From Bispira polyomma (taxonomy: Eukaryota): DNA of 64,000 nucleotides. The stretch lies in the NCBI GenBank assembly GCA_965649765.1, contig OZ287757.1:11718001-11782000 (forward strand), given 5' to 3'. A program made the position numbers and the translations under genes. Shown here piece by piece: positions 1-13,137 of this stretch. The notes under the pieces are model-generated. The model searched no databases and was not told the DNA's origin. It saw nothing but the letters and a program-made list of their open reading frames with translations. The stretch's first letter is position 1. Each line of letters opens with the position of its first letter.

Positions 1-2437
1 TACCACTCCCCTAGGCCTGTCAAGCGCATGGGAGGAGGGGGGGGGGTTGCTATCTTTGTCAAAAGAACTCTTTTCGAGAAATTCTCAATATTGATTACCC
101 TCCATCTTTCGAATGTACTACGTGCAAAATTTCAAATGGATCTCAATCATTTTTAGTTTCCTCCTTCTATCGTCTACCTAACCCTTCTATATCTGCCTTC
201 AATCAAGACTTTTCTGGTTCCCTTGAATCTATTAACCCTCCTCCCGCTGGAAACAATTGTACTTGGTGACTTCAACATCAAATTCGACATCAATAACACG
301 AAGATTTCCACAGCCTCTTGAATATCTTTCAATTCAAACAGTTTATTTCCTGTCCCACTCATCTCCATAACCACATTCTTGACCTGATCATGGCTCGACC
401 AAAGTCCAAGCTAATACAGGATGTATGGGTTACTGATGGAGTGCCTGAACATCTTGCCACTTTTGCACATCTCGTGCTGCCCAAACCACTGTCACACAAA
501 CTTAAGATAATAAAATTCCGCAGCATCAGGAAAATTAATATTCCCAAATTTCGGGATGACATACTTGCTTCTCGCCTTATTAAACACCCTTGTAAAAATG
601 CAGAAAGTCTCAGTCCACAATATAACCACACTTTGTCCTCTATCCTTAACAGTCATGCTCCTTGGGTTTCTAAAACCCTCCCATTGTCTGACACCCATGA
701 AAGCACCAACCCAGACATCAGGGAAGCTAAACGTCAACTTGAACGGCTATGGCGGTGCACTAAATCATCACTTGACAGGAAGAGCTACAGAACTGCCACA
801 AACCACTTCAATGCACTAATGACCACAGCCAAAAAAAAAGCACTCTGATTCAATCATCAATGAAAATTTAAATGCACCAAAAAGGTTATGGAGCTCTTTA
901 AATAAAATACTCCATCGCACAGCTTAAAAAGTTTTGCCTAAAAATCATTGCGTCACATTTCTTGTAGAAAAATTTTAGAAGGTTTTTAACAATGCTACAG
1001 TTCTCTCCACCATCCCCTGGCTATAAAGTCTGAAATCTGCTATATTTTAACCCACTTTCCGAGAACGATGTTCTCAAACTCATGAAATCCAAATACATCA
1101 AATCCTGTGAACTGGATCCTATCCCTGCCGCTGTCCTCACAGAATATCCAGACATTCTCATAACTCCTATCACCAACATCATAAATTTTTCGCTTAGAGA
1201 TGGTAGATTTCCCTCTTGTTTCAAAACTGCATATGTCGCCCCCTTGCTGAAAAACCAGGCCTTGACAAAAATGGGCTAAAAAACTATAGACCAGTCTCTA
1301 ACCTCAGCTTTGTATCTAAACTTATTGAGAAAGCTGGTGCTAAAGAAATCCATAACCACCTTAATATACAAAATCTAGGTAACTGCTACCAATCTGCCTA
1401 CAGAAAATTTTACTCCACGGAGAGTGCCATTCTATCAATCAGTGATGATATTAACCTTGCCTTAGATCGTGATGAAACTGTAGCCCTCACCCTTCTCAAT
1501 CTCTCCGCAGCTTTTGATACCATCAACCATGGCTTACTCTTTGACACCCTAAAACAGCGGTTTGGTCTTAATGGTACTGTCCTTGATTAGATCAAATCGT
1601 ACCTTGCTCTTGGAACCTAAAAAATCAAATTGGGCGACCACTTTTCATCCTCTTTTAACCTACTGTTTGGAGTACCCCAGGGGTCGGTTCTTGACCCTTT
1701 ACTGTTTACCCTCTACACCCATTCTCTCAGTGCAGTCATCAATAATCACAATGTTTAACATCACATGTATGCAGATGACACTCAAATCTATCTCTTCCTT
1801 AACTCTCCGGATGCCGGATACAACCTGGATTTACTTGCCACTGTCTCTCCTCAGTTCAGGTGTTGATGAATTACACCAAACTGAAACTAAACCCTGACCA
1901 AACTGAATTCATTCTTATTGGAAATAAGAAACACAGTGAATACTTAAGATCACTTTTCCCAATTACACTGCTGGGCAACGAGATTCAACCTTTAGACCTT
2001 TTATTCACTATCGAATCCTGTTTAAAATGCACGTAACCATTTTTGAAGCCGTTGTTTTGCAACAGCCTCACTACCTCGCTACTAAGCTCTCCGTCAGCAG
2101 CCTTAAAAGGGGAAAAAGACTATCTGTTTGCTCTAAAAAACCCACCAAGAGGGTTGGATCTAGAGCCTTCTCGGTCGTTACCCTATGTTATGGAATAGTC
2201 TTCCAGTTGAACTTAGACTGCTTGATACACTTTCTGGTTTTAGGAAAAGGATTAAAACCTATTTCTTCAGGCTCACTTATCCGTCGTAGTCCTCTTCCTG
2301 GGCTCTGACGCATCCATCCTTACGACCTGGCTATGTTTTTTCATTTTTCTATTGGCTGATTGATTGTGATCTTGCGCCTTAGAAGATGCCTAGCATCTAT
2401 AAGGCACGTTAAAAAAGAACAATACAATACATTACAA
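1..2437 (+). mobile_element. Decayed L2-clade LINE, ORF2 (APE endonuclease + RT) with 3' UTR; subfamily L2-a; 5' end lies outside the window
   Basis: Endonuclease motifs GGGVAIFVK, IVLGDFNI, PTHLHNHILDL; RT motifs [73 protein letters not shown], broken by frameshifts and stops; internal deletion near 2000; L2-type C-terminus (VGSRAFS..LWNSLP..LR..FRK..KTY.F); stem-loop GATGCCTAGCATC and (CAATA)n tail. Confidence 0.93.
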
Positions 2438-2454
2438 TTTTGCTTATTGCCTTT

Positions 2455-2781
2455 CCTTCAGTAACCTCTGTTAAACCTACCAAGAGGGTTGAATCTACAG
2501 CTTTCTCTATTGCTGCCCCTATGTTTTAGTCTTCCTGTTAAGCTAAGATCATTTGAAACACATTCTAATTTTTAGGGAAAAAAGCTTAAAGCCCACCTAT
2601 TCAAACTCGCCCACCCCACCCCCCGCCTCCCCTTAATTCCCTCTTTGTACTCCCCCAACATCCTTCTTTATGACCTTGGTAATGTTTTCAAACTTCTGTA
2701 TTGGTTAATTGATGCTGATGCTGCACTTTAGAAGATGCCTCGCATCAATAAGGTGTGTTAAAAATCCATAATACAATACAA
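2455..2781 (+). mobile_element. L2-a 3' fragment, in tandem behind the first LINE
   Basis: Repeats 2130-2435 (cctaccaagagggttg...agaagatgcctcgcatc...aatacaataca). Confidence 0.85.
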
Positions 2782-2857
2782 AAGATATGTAGCATAGTTT
2801 CCTCACATCGCAGGATACAGAGGGTTTCAACCCCACTCTCCTCAGACTTATGTTGAT

Positions 2858-3048
2858 TTCCAATTTATTTGGGTTTTACGTTGCTTTCAACGGCTTAGGC
2901 CATATTCAATGGTGGAAGAAACCACACAGTAAATCACTGACCAATGTCAAGTACCTGACAAACTGTTCGACATGAAGGAAGAAACAGGATTCAACCTCGT
3001 ACCAATGAGAGACCAATGATTGCGAAGCCAAAATGCCACTGTGGCCTG
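2858..3048 (-). mobile_element. tRNA-derived SINE, family B (degenerate)
   Basis: Reverse complement resembles 26969-27287 and 12971-13135 (head, ggtttcttccaccatt body, gaaagcaacgtaaaacccaa tail). Confidence 0.6.
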
Positions 3049-5227
3049 TGTGTTCTAACTAAAAAATATCCAAATAATTCCCACACAAAAAAAAAACACA
3101 ATTAATTTGCATTTGATGTGATTGTAATGACCACAAGTAGCAGTGTGACTTCACTGTATAAAAGTCAAGGTGATTTTATTTGAACAAAAAAGCTGAAACT
3201 TGGAGTTGGCTCGGTTTTTCTTTGTGTAGAAATGGAAACTTTAACTGAAAGAACAATCTGACTAATTTACTATTTTTAAAGAAATTTATCAGAAGTTAAA
3301 TTTTTCACAGTATAGACCATATTTATTTAGAATACAAATTTAAACTTTCAACAAGAATTGATTTTTTATTTGTTTCACAAATTAGTTAAAATATTGGTGA
3401 AAAATTCATTTCCTAGCTTGTGTACAAATTTGCACCAATACAGTATTCTTCTTAGGCTTCCAAGGCAAAAACCCAAGGTACCTGGTAAAAGGAAATTGGT
3501 TCATCATTGATGTTTACTTAATGCTATTTGTCCATCTTGATAACAGTCACCTCAGCTCCCCCCTCCCCACAACCCTCCTAGCCTCCCACCATACACTCTG
3601 GAATTCCTATTAATCCCTTACTTTAAGAAATAGTCTCATCAATAGATATATATAGCATTTTAAGCATACATTTTAAACTCGTTGTCTAGAAATCCTAAAT
3701 TGTTGACTGACATATCTATCTACATACATTGTTTTTCTGTGTGAATTTATTTGACTTGAGATATAAATTAAATTTTGAATTAACATTTTATGTACAGTTC
3801 AGCTTTTTGGCTGTAGTAACTTAAGAGTTTTTCAGAAGAGATGTCACTTATGTGAGATGTGTATTAGGGGTTAGTTGATAGCCCCCCCCCCCCCCCACCT
3901 CCACCTCTCCTTAAACAGAGTCCTCCCCTCCTCCCCTTATCTTCCCCCCTAAGGAGTACAGGCATGACCAGACTATGAAAACACCTCCAGAGTCACTAAA
4001 GTTAATTACCTGAATCCACGTCATATGCTGCTAAAAAGGAGGGAGACCTTCTTAAAAGGACTTATTTCTACCAAATCTAACATTCTCATATGAGCCCCTT
4101 TTTTGGGGAACAAAACTGTCTTCTGTGTTATTGAAAATTAACTCCCAAGAATGTTTTATTTCCTTTGCCCAATATGTCTTTTTTTGTTGGAAAATTTATT
4201 TTTTTCTTTGTATCTTCAATTCTAAACAGACACACACAAACACTTTTAGGATCTTATAAAAAATCTTTTATTATCCATGCTTTATCTTTTGGGCTATTTT
4301 TTTCAAATTAATCATCTGAAAAAAAAGGTTTATTAAACAACTGGTTTATGCTTTACAATAAAGCTTGCTATTAATAGAGATGTATACGTTACTGAAAAAA
4401 AAAACAATGAATTTCCAGCCGTTTTACAAGTGCCACCTTTACACATTTGTCATACAAGGATGTATTTTTTCACACAGCCCATTTGACTTGATCTTATCAC
4501 ATTTATTCTTGTCATGGGCAGACTATAAATTCTGATAATAAGTTCTGTGTTCTGGGAGGTAGGGTCTAAGAAATGGAAGTGATGCCACCCTAAGTTATTG
4601 CAAATGCATTTTTTTTATACTTCTTGGTTTACCAACTATGGTCAGTCTACCAATTATGATCACCCTGCATATTAATATCAATTTTCTTTATTACCAAAGG
4701 TAAAATACTTTTTGTTTCCTAGTTATTGTAATCGAAATGTATCTGGCATTAATAAACAATTGTTATATCCATGAAATTACAAGATTTGTGAATAAAAATT
4801 AGGGGTTTCCAATATTTTTGCTTTGACCATAATTGCTTTGCAAGTAGTAGTGTACTTTAACACCGCTTTTTTAACACGGAAGTTAGAAATTAAAACAGGG
4901 GTAGTTGGTCAACGTTTTCTGCTTTGCAAACCACCAGCCTTCAGCAAATCTACTGCCAACATACATGCCATGACTGAGATTTAAACTCAGGCTACAGAGG
5001 TGGGAGGCGACTGTGTTATCACTATACCACTTAAGGTTACATCTAACCAACTAAACAACAAACCAGACACACCTCTGTCAAACAAATCTCAACTAAGGGA
5101 AACCCTAAACTGATGCAAACTGCAATCTGTTAGCTCTTTGTATACTGCTATGATAAGACCTTGAAGTATTTATACACGGTGACAGTTAAATGGCAGTGCC
5201 TCCTCTAAGGTGCTTCACCCTCGAGAA

Positions 5228-5460
5228 TTGACCTTTTCCACCCTATATTGTCAACTAGCAGCCGACAGTATTTGTTACTCCCAGAACTAGACGCCTCCAA
5301 AAATATTTTTTTGAAATTTTCCTTTAGTTTCTTGCAAAAAGGAAATATTTTTAGAACAGCAGACTTCCCTGCTTCAAATATATATATGTGAGTCAATTAA
5401 TGAACGCCGGAAGTAGTCGGTGGGGTATGTTCTAACTATCTGTAATGTTAATGGTTTCAC
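5228..5460 (-). mobile_element. piggyBac-like MITE, family M5 (partial)
   Basis: Homologous to 16427-16770 (ccggaagtagtc, cagccgacagtatttgttactccc). Confidence 0.7.
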
Positions 5461-5477
5461 TTCTTTAACGTCAAAAT

Positions 5478-5750
5478 CCATGACCAGACATCCCCTGTGG
5501 TGCACAACCCAGTCAATATGCAAAAGAATAGTTCAAATAGGAGAACAGGCTCATGATCAGAGTTCAGGCGTGACCAGCTGGCGAAAAGTTGAGGCGGAAA
5601 AGCCAGTTGCTACAGATGCGTTTCAAAAAAATTCCTTCAGTTTGCGGTGAGAGATTTTCTAATAATAGTCTCAAAACAACATAGTCGTCTTTAACAGGCA
5701 ATGGCTTGTTGAAACCTTGTTGAAGAAAAGTTTTCTTTCCTAATGTGTGT
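5478..5750 (-). mobile_element. L2-c 3' fragment
   Basis: Reverse complement carries the tail tattgactgggttgtgcaccacaggggatgtctggtcat, shared with 49060-49100 and 63556-63597. Confidence 0.6.
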
Positions 5751-6691
5751 ATGATTATAATTGTTACCGTGACTTGAACCAATGTCCTTCCAATCAACCG
5801 CCCAACTCCCTAACCACTAGGCTACAGCAAACCACTACAGCTTAAAACACATGAGTTTAAGAGAAGAACTGAGAATCTAATGCAACCTTAAGCTATTACA
5901 ACTGTATTATTTGCTCTTGCTAGAAGTGAGGTAACACACTAACTAAGGAATGCAGAAAGCCTGGGGTAAGATACAGAAAGATACATATTGGCTTTGTGTC
6001 ACTTGTAATTCTATTTTTTAACATTATTGTAAACTTCAGAAGTGGCAATAATTGGCCAATCAAAATTGAGCATACACAAGCTTATTGTGACAAAAATAAC
6101 TATTGCTAAAGGAAATTTGGGTAAACCTCAAACTACTGTTGCTTGCTTGCTAACTTACACAGCAAGATCTTGAAGTATTTATATTGTGACAGTTAGCTGA
6201 CAGTGCATCATCCAAGGGGCTTGGTCCTCGGGGAAGAGAATTAAGTACTACAGCAACATGCCATTGGTTGTCATCACAAGTAAATAGGAATTTATCTACC
6301 ACTGCTGTTTAAAAAATGGGTAACACTCTTGATTTTAAACGCAGATGACCTGGGTTCAATCTAAGCATGAGGCTCTCAGGTATAGTCATATACATACTGG
6401 CTTAGCTGGCTGCTTAAAATGGTGGGGTCCTATCACCAATGTCTAATAACTTCTGCAATACCTAATACTCCCCGGTAATACATTCTTCCCGGTACACCTC
6501 TAGGCCAAATAGAGAATCGAACTGATCCAGAGCTATTTTCAAGAAGAAAAACAATTGTCCAGTCCACTCTGAGAGTGGTGAGCGAGTGTGCTACTACCAC
6601 CAATATGCCTAAGTTTGGCTGATTTTGATTATTTTTGACTACAGTATAATGGGTAATGCACATGCTTACACCACCACATCCTTCCTCACTA

Positions 6692-6830
6692 TGTGGCTTA
6701 CAGTGCAGTTAGAGTGTCATACTTTGGATCTGAGAGCTCGACCCTCGCTGCTGGCCTAGTGATTGTACCATTGAACAAGCTGCTTTACACAAAGTTGTCC
6801 CTCTCCACCCAGGTATATCAACCTTGGATA
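6692..6830 (+). mobile_element. CORE-type tRNA SINE, family D (5' part)
   Basis: ttgaacaagctgctttacacaaagttgtccctctccacccaggtata, a CORE-like domain; homologs at 22020-22240 and 53958-54222. Confidence 0.6.
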
Positions 6831-7529
6831 AGTTGATAAATGGTGAATGACATTTGAGAATCATATTTGAGCATCATATTTGAGAATTTAAATTTACTGT
6901 TCTATTTTAAACAACGAATTGAAGTGAACATGTTCGATGAAACAATTGTAACTGTGATGCATGAGGAATGACAGTCAAAAATACCTTTAATACCAATATA
7001 TTCATGCCAGGAACGCCTGATAACTATAAATCTGACACCCTTTCGGTTTGGTCAGGTGAATATGCTTCCAACTAGTTCATGAATGCCTTACATATAATTT
7101 CAATGGCGGCACCCATTTCAATGAATGAAAACAAGTTTATGCTTCGCCTGATAAAAAAGGAGCTCATCTAGTCCACAGCTGCAGTATCAGACAGGCCAAT
7201 CCCAAAGTTAAACACACTGGGGTCCCATATCTTCATTTCATGAGCTTTGGTGTCACTCCCCAGCCCAAAATATACAACCCTCCAACAGTACATAACACTG
7301 TCATGTATGCTTGTCATAAGTTGTCTACAATCACTGCTTTCTGATAGGGGTTGGCAGTGTGTTGGAGGGGTGATTGTGGAAGGGAAATTGTGAGTGTTTT
7401 TTCAGTTCATGTTATATAATCTTTCTACAATTTCATAACAGTAGTATTTTCTCTATTAACTGTTTGTTCCCTATGAAAATGTACTGTGTAATCTTAATAT
7501 GTATTTTCTTAGGAATACTGTATACATAT

Positions 7530-7815
7530 CAGGGTCCGTATTCACTAAAGTATTTATACTTAGAATAAGAAGTTTTTGTATCCACTAAATTCTTATACTT
7601 TTCTTATTCTTAGAAAATTTTCTAAGAATGAGCTTTGATTCTAAGAATGGTCAAGATCTTACTTAAGTTAAGAAAAAGATTATGTATTTTTTATTCACAA
7701 TTCTTAGCTAATAAAATTATTATACTTAAAATTTGTTCTAACAGTATAAGAATGATTATTATTCTAAGTATAAGAATGATTCTAAGTATAAGAACTTTAG
7801 TGAATACGGCCTCAG
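7530..7815. mobile_element. MITE family M3 with ~22-bp TIRs
   Basis: cagggtccgtattcactaaagt ... actttagtgaatacggcctcag; ATAT on both flanks; internal ttctaagtataagaa repeats. Confidence 0.8.
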
Positions 7816-8600
7816 ATATATATTACCCTCACAATACTTACAGTGTTGGCAATTCCATGTGCTGCAGATGAGACCAGACATGGGCATAATTTTCAGAATT
7901 TTTGTCTGTCAGGAAGCCCAAAAATCAGCAAGTCTGGCCTATATTGGGGTTTTCTTACTATGTCTTTTGAAAACGAATGAAATGTGACACACAGAGAAAC
8001 ATATTTTTAACAGCTGAATGGAAACATAAGAACATCTCACGATGTCAGGAATGCAAATTATACTTGGAAGAAATATTTCAGTCATCAAAATGTGGTGAGA
8101 AGTTTACTTGTCTTAATTTCCACTTTGACCATTATTTTAGTCAAACTATCACAATAACTTAAACTGTTTGTGGCTAAAAACTTTTTTTAATTAACTCATT
8201 AGCTAAAATGAACTCTTACTGACACATTTTTCATATTTGTCATTCAAAAACTTTTTTGGCTGACTCCTGGACAAAATATAGTTAGTAAATAATTATTTAT
8301 GTGTCATATTTACTTGTATATGTGTTTGTATGAAAATATAACTCAACTAAAACTCAACATATCTAATTTCAAAAAATTTGAAATAATGAACTGGAAAGGT
8401 CTTCTGGGCTCTGATAGCCATTGGCAAAGGCCTAACAGACCAAAGATACCCGGAAATCTGATCCAGTACATTATAATTGTATTAAATGTGAACAAAGTGT
8501 GCTTAAAATTATAATAACTATAACCACTGTTATTAATATTGTATTGTCAAAGTGACTTATAAGCCCATTGGGGCTGGGCAATTTTTATTTGCCTGTGTTA

Positions 8601-9244
8601 AAGCCTGGTCACACCTACGCGTGCTGAAGCTATGTGTGTGTTACATTTTGAATTGTTTTGAAACCTAGTACAAACGTAGTAGAATGTAATGCAAAAGTGA
8701 GGATCCCTGGTGTGTTCGTTCAGTGAAGTTGGTTAACGGATGATATCGTTCCGCAAACGTCTCTGTTTTGTCTGCTGCAACGATTGTTTCAAACTGTTTG
8801 AAACAATCGTGTCAGAGCTCCCGTTTCTCCACCTTTCTCTGTTTGTCACCGAACGTTTCCGAAAGTAGCATAGACGTGTCAGTAAGTAGCTCTACATAGC
8901 AGTAGGTAGCGAGGAAGTCCCAGTAAGTAGTGAAATCGTCTCCACTCGTCTCCGTTAGTTAAAAACGTTTCACTAAATAGCAGAAGGCAACAGAATGCAC
9001 CAGTAAGTAGCAGTATAGTAGATCTCCGTAGTAGAAGGTAATGATATCCTACCAGTAAAGTGTTAGATTTTGGCCCCCGCTTTGTGTGTATAAGTACCAA
9101 CATCTTCACGAAACGTCACAAAATGTAACAATCGACTACCCCTTTATGGAAATTATGTCACTTTGATACAAAACTACCACATTTTCAGTATATATTGCTT
9201 AGGTACGTGGGGGGGCGTTAACAAGTGTAGGTGTGATCAGGCCA
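8601..9244 (+). mobile_element. MITE family M1 (PIF/Harbinger-like)
   Basis: TIRs aagcctggtcacacctac / gtaggtgtgatcaggcca with TTA and TAA flanks; other copies at 39882, 62782 and 47043. Confidence 0.85.
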
Positions 9245-9364
9245 TAATTACATATTATTGTCATTATATTGCATGTCATTATAATAAAAAATTAAAATAA
9301 AATAATTAATATATTGAAGGCCATGGGTGAGAATAGGCTGCACACACATTTTATGATATGATCA

Positions 9365-9690
9365 ATTTTTACGGAGCCTTATTGATGTCAGACATCTTCT
9401 AAAGTCTACCAATATTGACAAAGTTGTTAAAATCGTAGTCCGTTTCCAATGCAAAGTCGTGATCAGGGAGGTGACATGGAGGAGAAAGATGTCTATGGAG
9501 GGTAAGCGAGGGTGAAGAGATGGGTCTTAAGGTTGCTTCTGAAACCACAGAGGGCTTTTTGGGGATCTTATATTGGTTGGTAAATTATTCCATAGTGTTG
9601 GTGCTGCAATAGAGAAGGCATTGGATCCAATCCGTTCACTTGTTCTGGTATCAGAGACTGAAAATTTCCCTTAGTAAGCCTGCTGAAAGA
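9365..9690 (-). mobile_element. L2-a-like 3' fragment
   Basis: Reverse complement reads RIGSNAFSIAAPTLWNNLP and ends in the agaagatgtctgacatcaataagg tail. Confidence 0.75.
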
Positions 9691-10638
9691 CATCTTTAGG
9701 TTTTAGGTTTTAGGTTTTGTTTCTGAAGGCTTGGAATCTCTTGAATTTAGAATAATGGAATTGTAAACGGTGAAAATGTACTGCCCTATATATTCATATA
9801 TGCAGACACAAAAGCAGCCCTAGATTCTGTCCAACCTCATCCTTGTCATTATAGTAGGCTATAATTATCAAGTACCAGTCTGCGTCCTAAAGCCCAATAT
9901 ACTGAGTGAACTGCTGAGATATCCCCTTGTTATGGCGACATACATATAGTAGTTCCAGTTTTGTGCAAAACCTCTCATTTTAAACCTGGCCTTTTGCACT
10001 GCATCTTAATAGTTAAGAAGAAATTATCCACAGAAAGAGATGCCATCGTGATATTGTGTTAACAACATGTAAGTGAAATATGTGTATCTGAGATCAAATA
10101 AAGAATAAAGTTATACAGCTAGTACTTGCCCTAAACCATTTTCTCTTTGATTTCGTATTTTGTTTACATAATGGTTGAGATTAAGTAAGAACAGGGTATA
10201 TGTAAGTTTTCCCCGGAAAAAAGGCCAAGCCAATGTTCTGGGGGCATATATTGGCAATGTTAAGGCAATTAAGGTCAAGGATATAGGAATATATGGGGTT
10301 AATTGACAGATATCTGAATAGGCAAGTAAGGATATTTGTGTGTCAGGAGGGTGGGGGGTGGGGGAGCTGTGGTTCAAGAGGAGGGGGGGGGTTGATGACT
10401 AAAGGGCCTATGTAGACCAGGTCCGATCCAAAATGATGTGACAATGATTGTGATCCAATAATTTTTTTAAAAACAAACACATTGTTTATTATTCAACTAC
10501 CCCTATCATATTGGAGCCGATCATGAAGTTTTTCCTCGTTTATAGTTTGCTTGTCAGTTCAATGATGACAGAAAGGTGGAAATCCCCCTTATTAAGGCAG
10601 GGGGTCACGAGAGGATATTGTGCAGTGTGAAAAACTAA

Positions 10639-10981
10639 TGTGATCCCCCGTGGTCTAGTGGTTAGGGTGTTGGTTTGATGATCAGAAGGTCCCTGGTTCA
10701 AGTCCTGGTACCAGTTGCTAGTTTTATTTAGTGGGATAACATACTTAGGCAAGATGTGATCACAAGTTTGCCTGGTGGCTCGGATGATCACTTAAAATGG
10801 TGGTCCTTTGTCACTGAGTAAAGCTTCAGTGGCAGATTAAAGATCCTTGGGGACCTTGATAAATGGTCATGCTCAAGCACCTCGGCATCCGTAGTGGCTG
10901 CCCATGAGGAAGAGCATTTGAAAGGACCTGTGTTCTATAAGTGCGCTATAATAAATGTACTATTTCATTTGATGTCATTTC
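10639..10981 (+). mobile_element. tRNA-derived SINE, family C (CORE-like + Deu/Nin-like central domain + L2-type tail), full length
   Basis: A box TGGTCTAGTGG, B box GGTTCAAGTCC; cggatgatcacttaaaatggtggtcc...attaaagatcc resembles the Deu/Nin domain; tail aagtgcgctataataaatgtactatttcatt. Confidence 0.85.
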
Positions 10982-11509
10982 AAAAACACCATTCCATCTA
11001 TTTCAGATGGATTGTGTGGTGTTCTTCGGTTCATTATTTTGCCAAACCTAGTTTGCAATGAACTTAAGTTTGAAAAGTGTTATTATATTTGCAACATGGA
11101 ATTTGTATCTACCATTTTTTTGCCAAATAAGTTACAGTAGGTTCATACATACCTGTAATCTACCATTACACACACCATTATTTTAAAAAATATTAAAACA
11201 ATTACTGGATTTGCCTTTGACGGCTAAATTTAAGAGGTTCTTCCTTGGTCCTATCCGTTAGGTCATGGGAGACCATACAAAATGTATCCATACAAAATGT
11301 ATGACTAAATATTGTTTTTAATTTTACCACAGTGCTTTTATATTGTTAAGACATAGAAAATTCACCTTTAATTTGTTAACAACCACAATTGACCTTTTTT
11401 GTGGTCCTCTTTCTTCCACATCGTGGTAAAATCTCAGGTAAAGCCATGGTCTGTCGTGGGATATACTATATTCTAAACTAGACTTGTAATTCTTAATATT
11501 GTATGAAAC

Positions 11510-11711
11510 ACTCGGCTGACCACTTAAAATGGCAGTCCTCTGTCACTGAGTAATATTTCGAGTGGCAGATTAACGATCCTTGGGGACGGTGATAAATGGT
11601 CATCCTCAAACACCTCGGCGCCCATAGTGGCTGCCCATGAGGAAGCGCATTTGAAAGGACACTGTGTTCTGTAAGTGAGCTATAACAAATGTACTATTTC
11701 ATTTCATTTCA
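11510..11711 (+). mobile_element. SINE family C, 3' half
   Basis: Near-identical to 10780-10975; (TTTCA)n tail. Confidence 0.85.
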
Positions 11712-11814
11712 AACACAAAACCAACTTAATAATGTCCATTTGGAAGTGTACACATTGATTGCAACTAAAAATGCTGTTGAAGACATTAAAACACATACCA
11801 CAAACTACATCCAG

Positions 11815-12006
11815 CATTCAATAATGGCCAAATGCATACTTTTTTAAATGGGGGATTTTGTGGTAGTAATAATTTACTATTGAAAGGAACTGAAGTAAAA
11901 TAAAATAATATTTTTGCGGTGTCAACTGCTTGCCGAAAGGCATAGGTTCTGTAAGCAATGACTGCTTTTGGCGGCTAGGCGATAACTTAGGGGTCCACAT
12001 GGTTAA
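11815..12006 (+). mobile_element. M5 MITE, 3' part
   Basis: gtgtcaactgcttgccgaaaggcataggttc; ends ggttaa. Confidence 0.6.
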
Positions 12007-12775
12007 ATGATCTTAGTTTTTTAATCTACTGATCCTAGTATATTAGTAGTGCATTAACAGACTGCTTGGAGTCTCTTTTATATATGTTCTCTACATGTGA
12101 AATGTAACTCCCTTTAGAATATTTTTCAGAAGTTGTCCAACATAAATAAGGCGTGTGAACAATGCATAATACAATACAATATTGTGTTAGAATTTTTTGC
12201 AGATGTATGTGTTCTACTGAGTATCCCAAGTCTCTTTACTTGGTTTACCCTAAGAACCATCACATATCCCATGATAGAAAGAGAAGATTATTTGCTTTAC
12301 CCATACGCAGACACTTACATCCACACAAACACATATGCACCCTATTCCCTGATACTTGTATTCAATTATTACCCCCTAAAGCCCCCATTAGCATGAGTCG
12401 ACCTCCCTATTATGTTTCTGAGTTGGACCAAGAAATGTTCCATGGTCAGAAACCCCGTTACTGAAGACAACACCCATTTTCAAAGAAAGAGATGAAAGAT
12501 ACGGTGACTGTAAGTGGGTGGATATATGAGTGTACTTTGTGTCTATAAGGGCATTACTCCAGTCCCTGTCATGTTTAAGGGTTCGTTGTTTTGCAAAAAA
12601 TGAAAATCACAACTATTTTTGTTGCTTTGCTTGAAGGTTTTTTCTTTGCAGATCTTGATTTTCATAAAAATGGAAACTTTCAGCAGTATACTGAAACTTA
12701 ATTTTCTTTCACCAATATAACGAGGCTATGGAACAACTACAGTGAAATCATGTTATGTTTCAATAATGATGTATA

Positions 12776-12970
12776 ATTACCTCTGCGCCAAGTAGGTTGT
12801 GTTTTTGTCACCTTGTCTGTTGATTTGTTTTTTATACTGCTAAATATATATATTTTTTAATTTGGTAGTTGAAAGGCATTGGTCAAAGAAGAATCTGTTA
12901 AAGTTTTGGCCTGATCCAAGCAGTATATCAGATTTATGAACTTTATCCTTAGTCATTTGGCGCAGGTATG
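12776..12970 (+). mobile_element. Non-autonomous Helentron-like (HINE/DINE-type) element
   Basis: Subterminal inverted repeats tacctctgcgccaa / ttggcgcaggta; ggttgtgttttt followed by a gtctgt tract. Confidence 0.55.
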
Positions 12971-13137
12971 GGCCACGTTAGCCAAATGGTTAAAAGCATT
13001 TTGCAGAATCACTGCCCTTTTACCAATTTAGATTAGAATCCTATTCATTCCCGTTCCTGTTCATTACAGGCATAACTGGTTTCCTCCATCATTGTATGTC
13101 GTGATATGACTAAATTCAAAACAAAAAATTAAATTCA
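12971..13137 (+). mobile_element. SINE family B (degenerate)
   Basis: Head ggccacgttagccaaatggttaaaagc..aatcactg; body ggtttcctccatcatt. Confidence 0.55.

Noticed and set aside
5480-5620. HYR-domain-like peptide (DQTSPVV...PVATD)
   Set aside because: It needs a frameshift and is the antisense of an L2-c tail.
8879-9109. ORFs inside MITEs (also 40055-40324, 63009-63392, 38064-38425, 46411-46763)
   Set aside because: They lie in non-autonomous MITE interiors, are not kept open between copies, and lack transposase motifs.
10644-10715. Possible tRNA genes at SINE heads (also 17420, 45161, 51590)
   Set aside because: No complete cloverleaf or acceptor stem; each continues into a multi-copy SINE body and tail.
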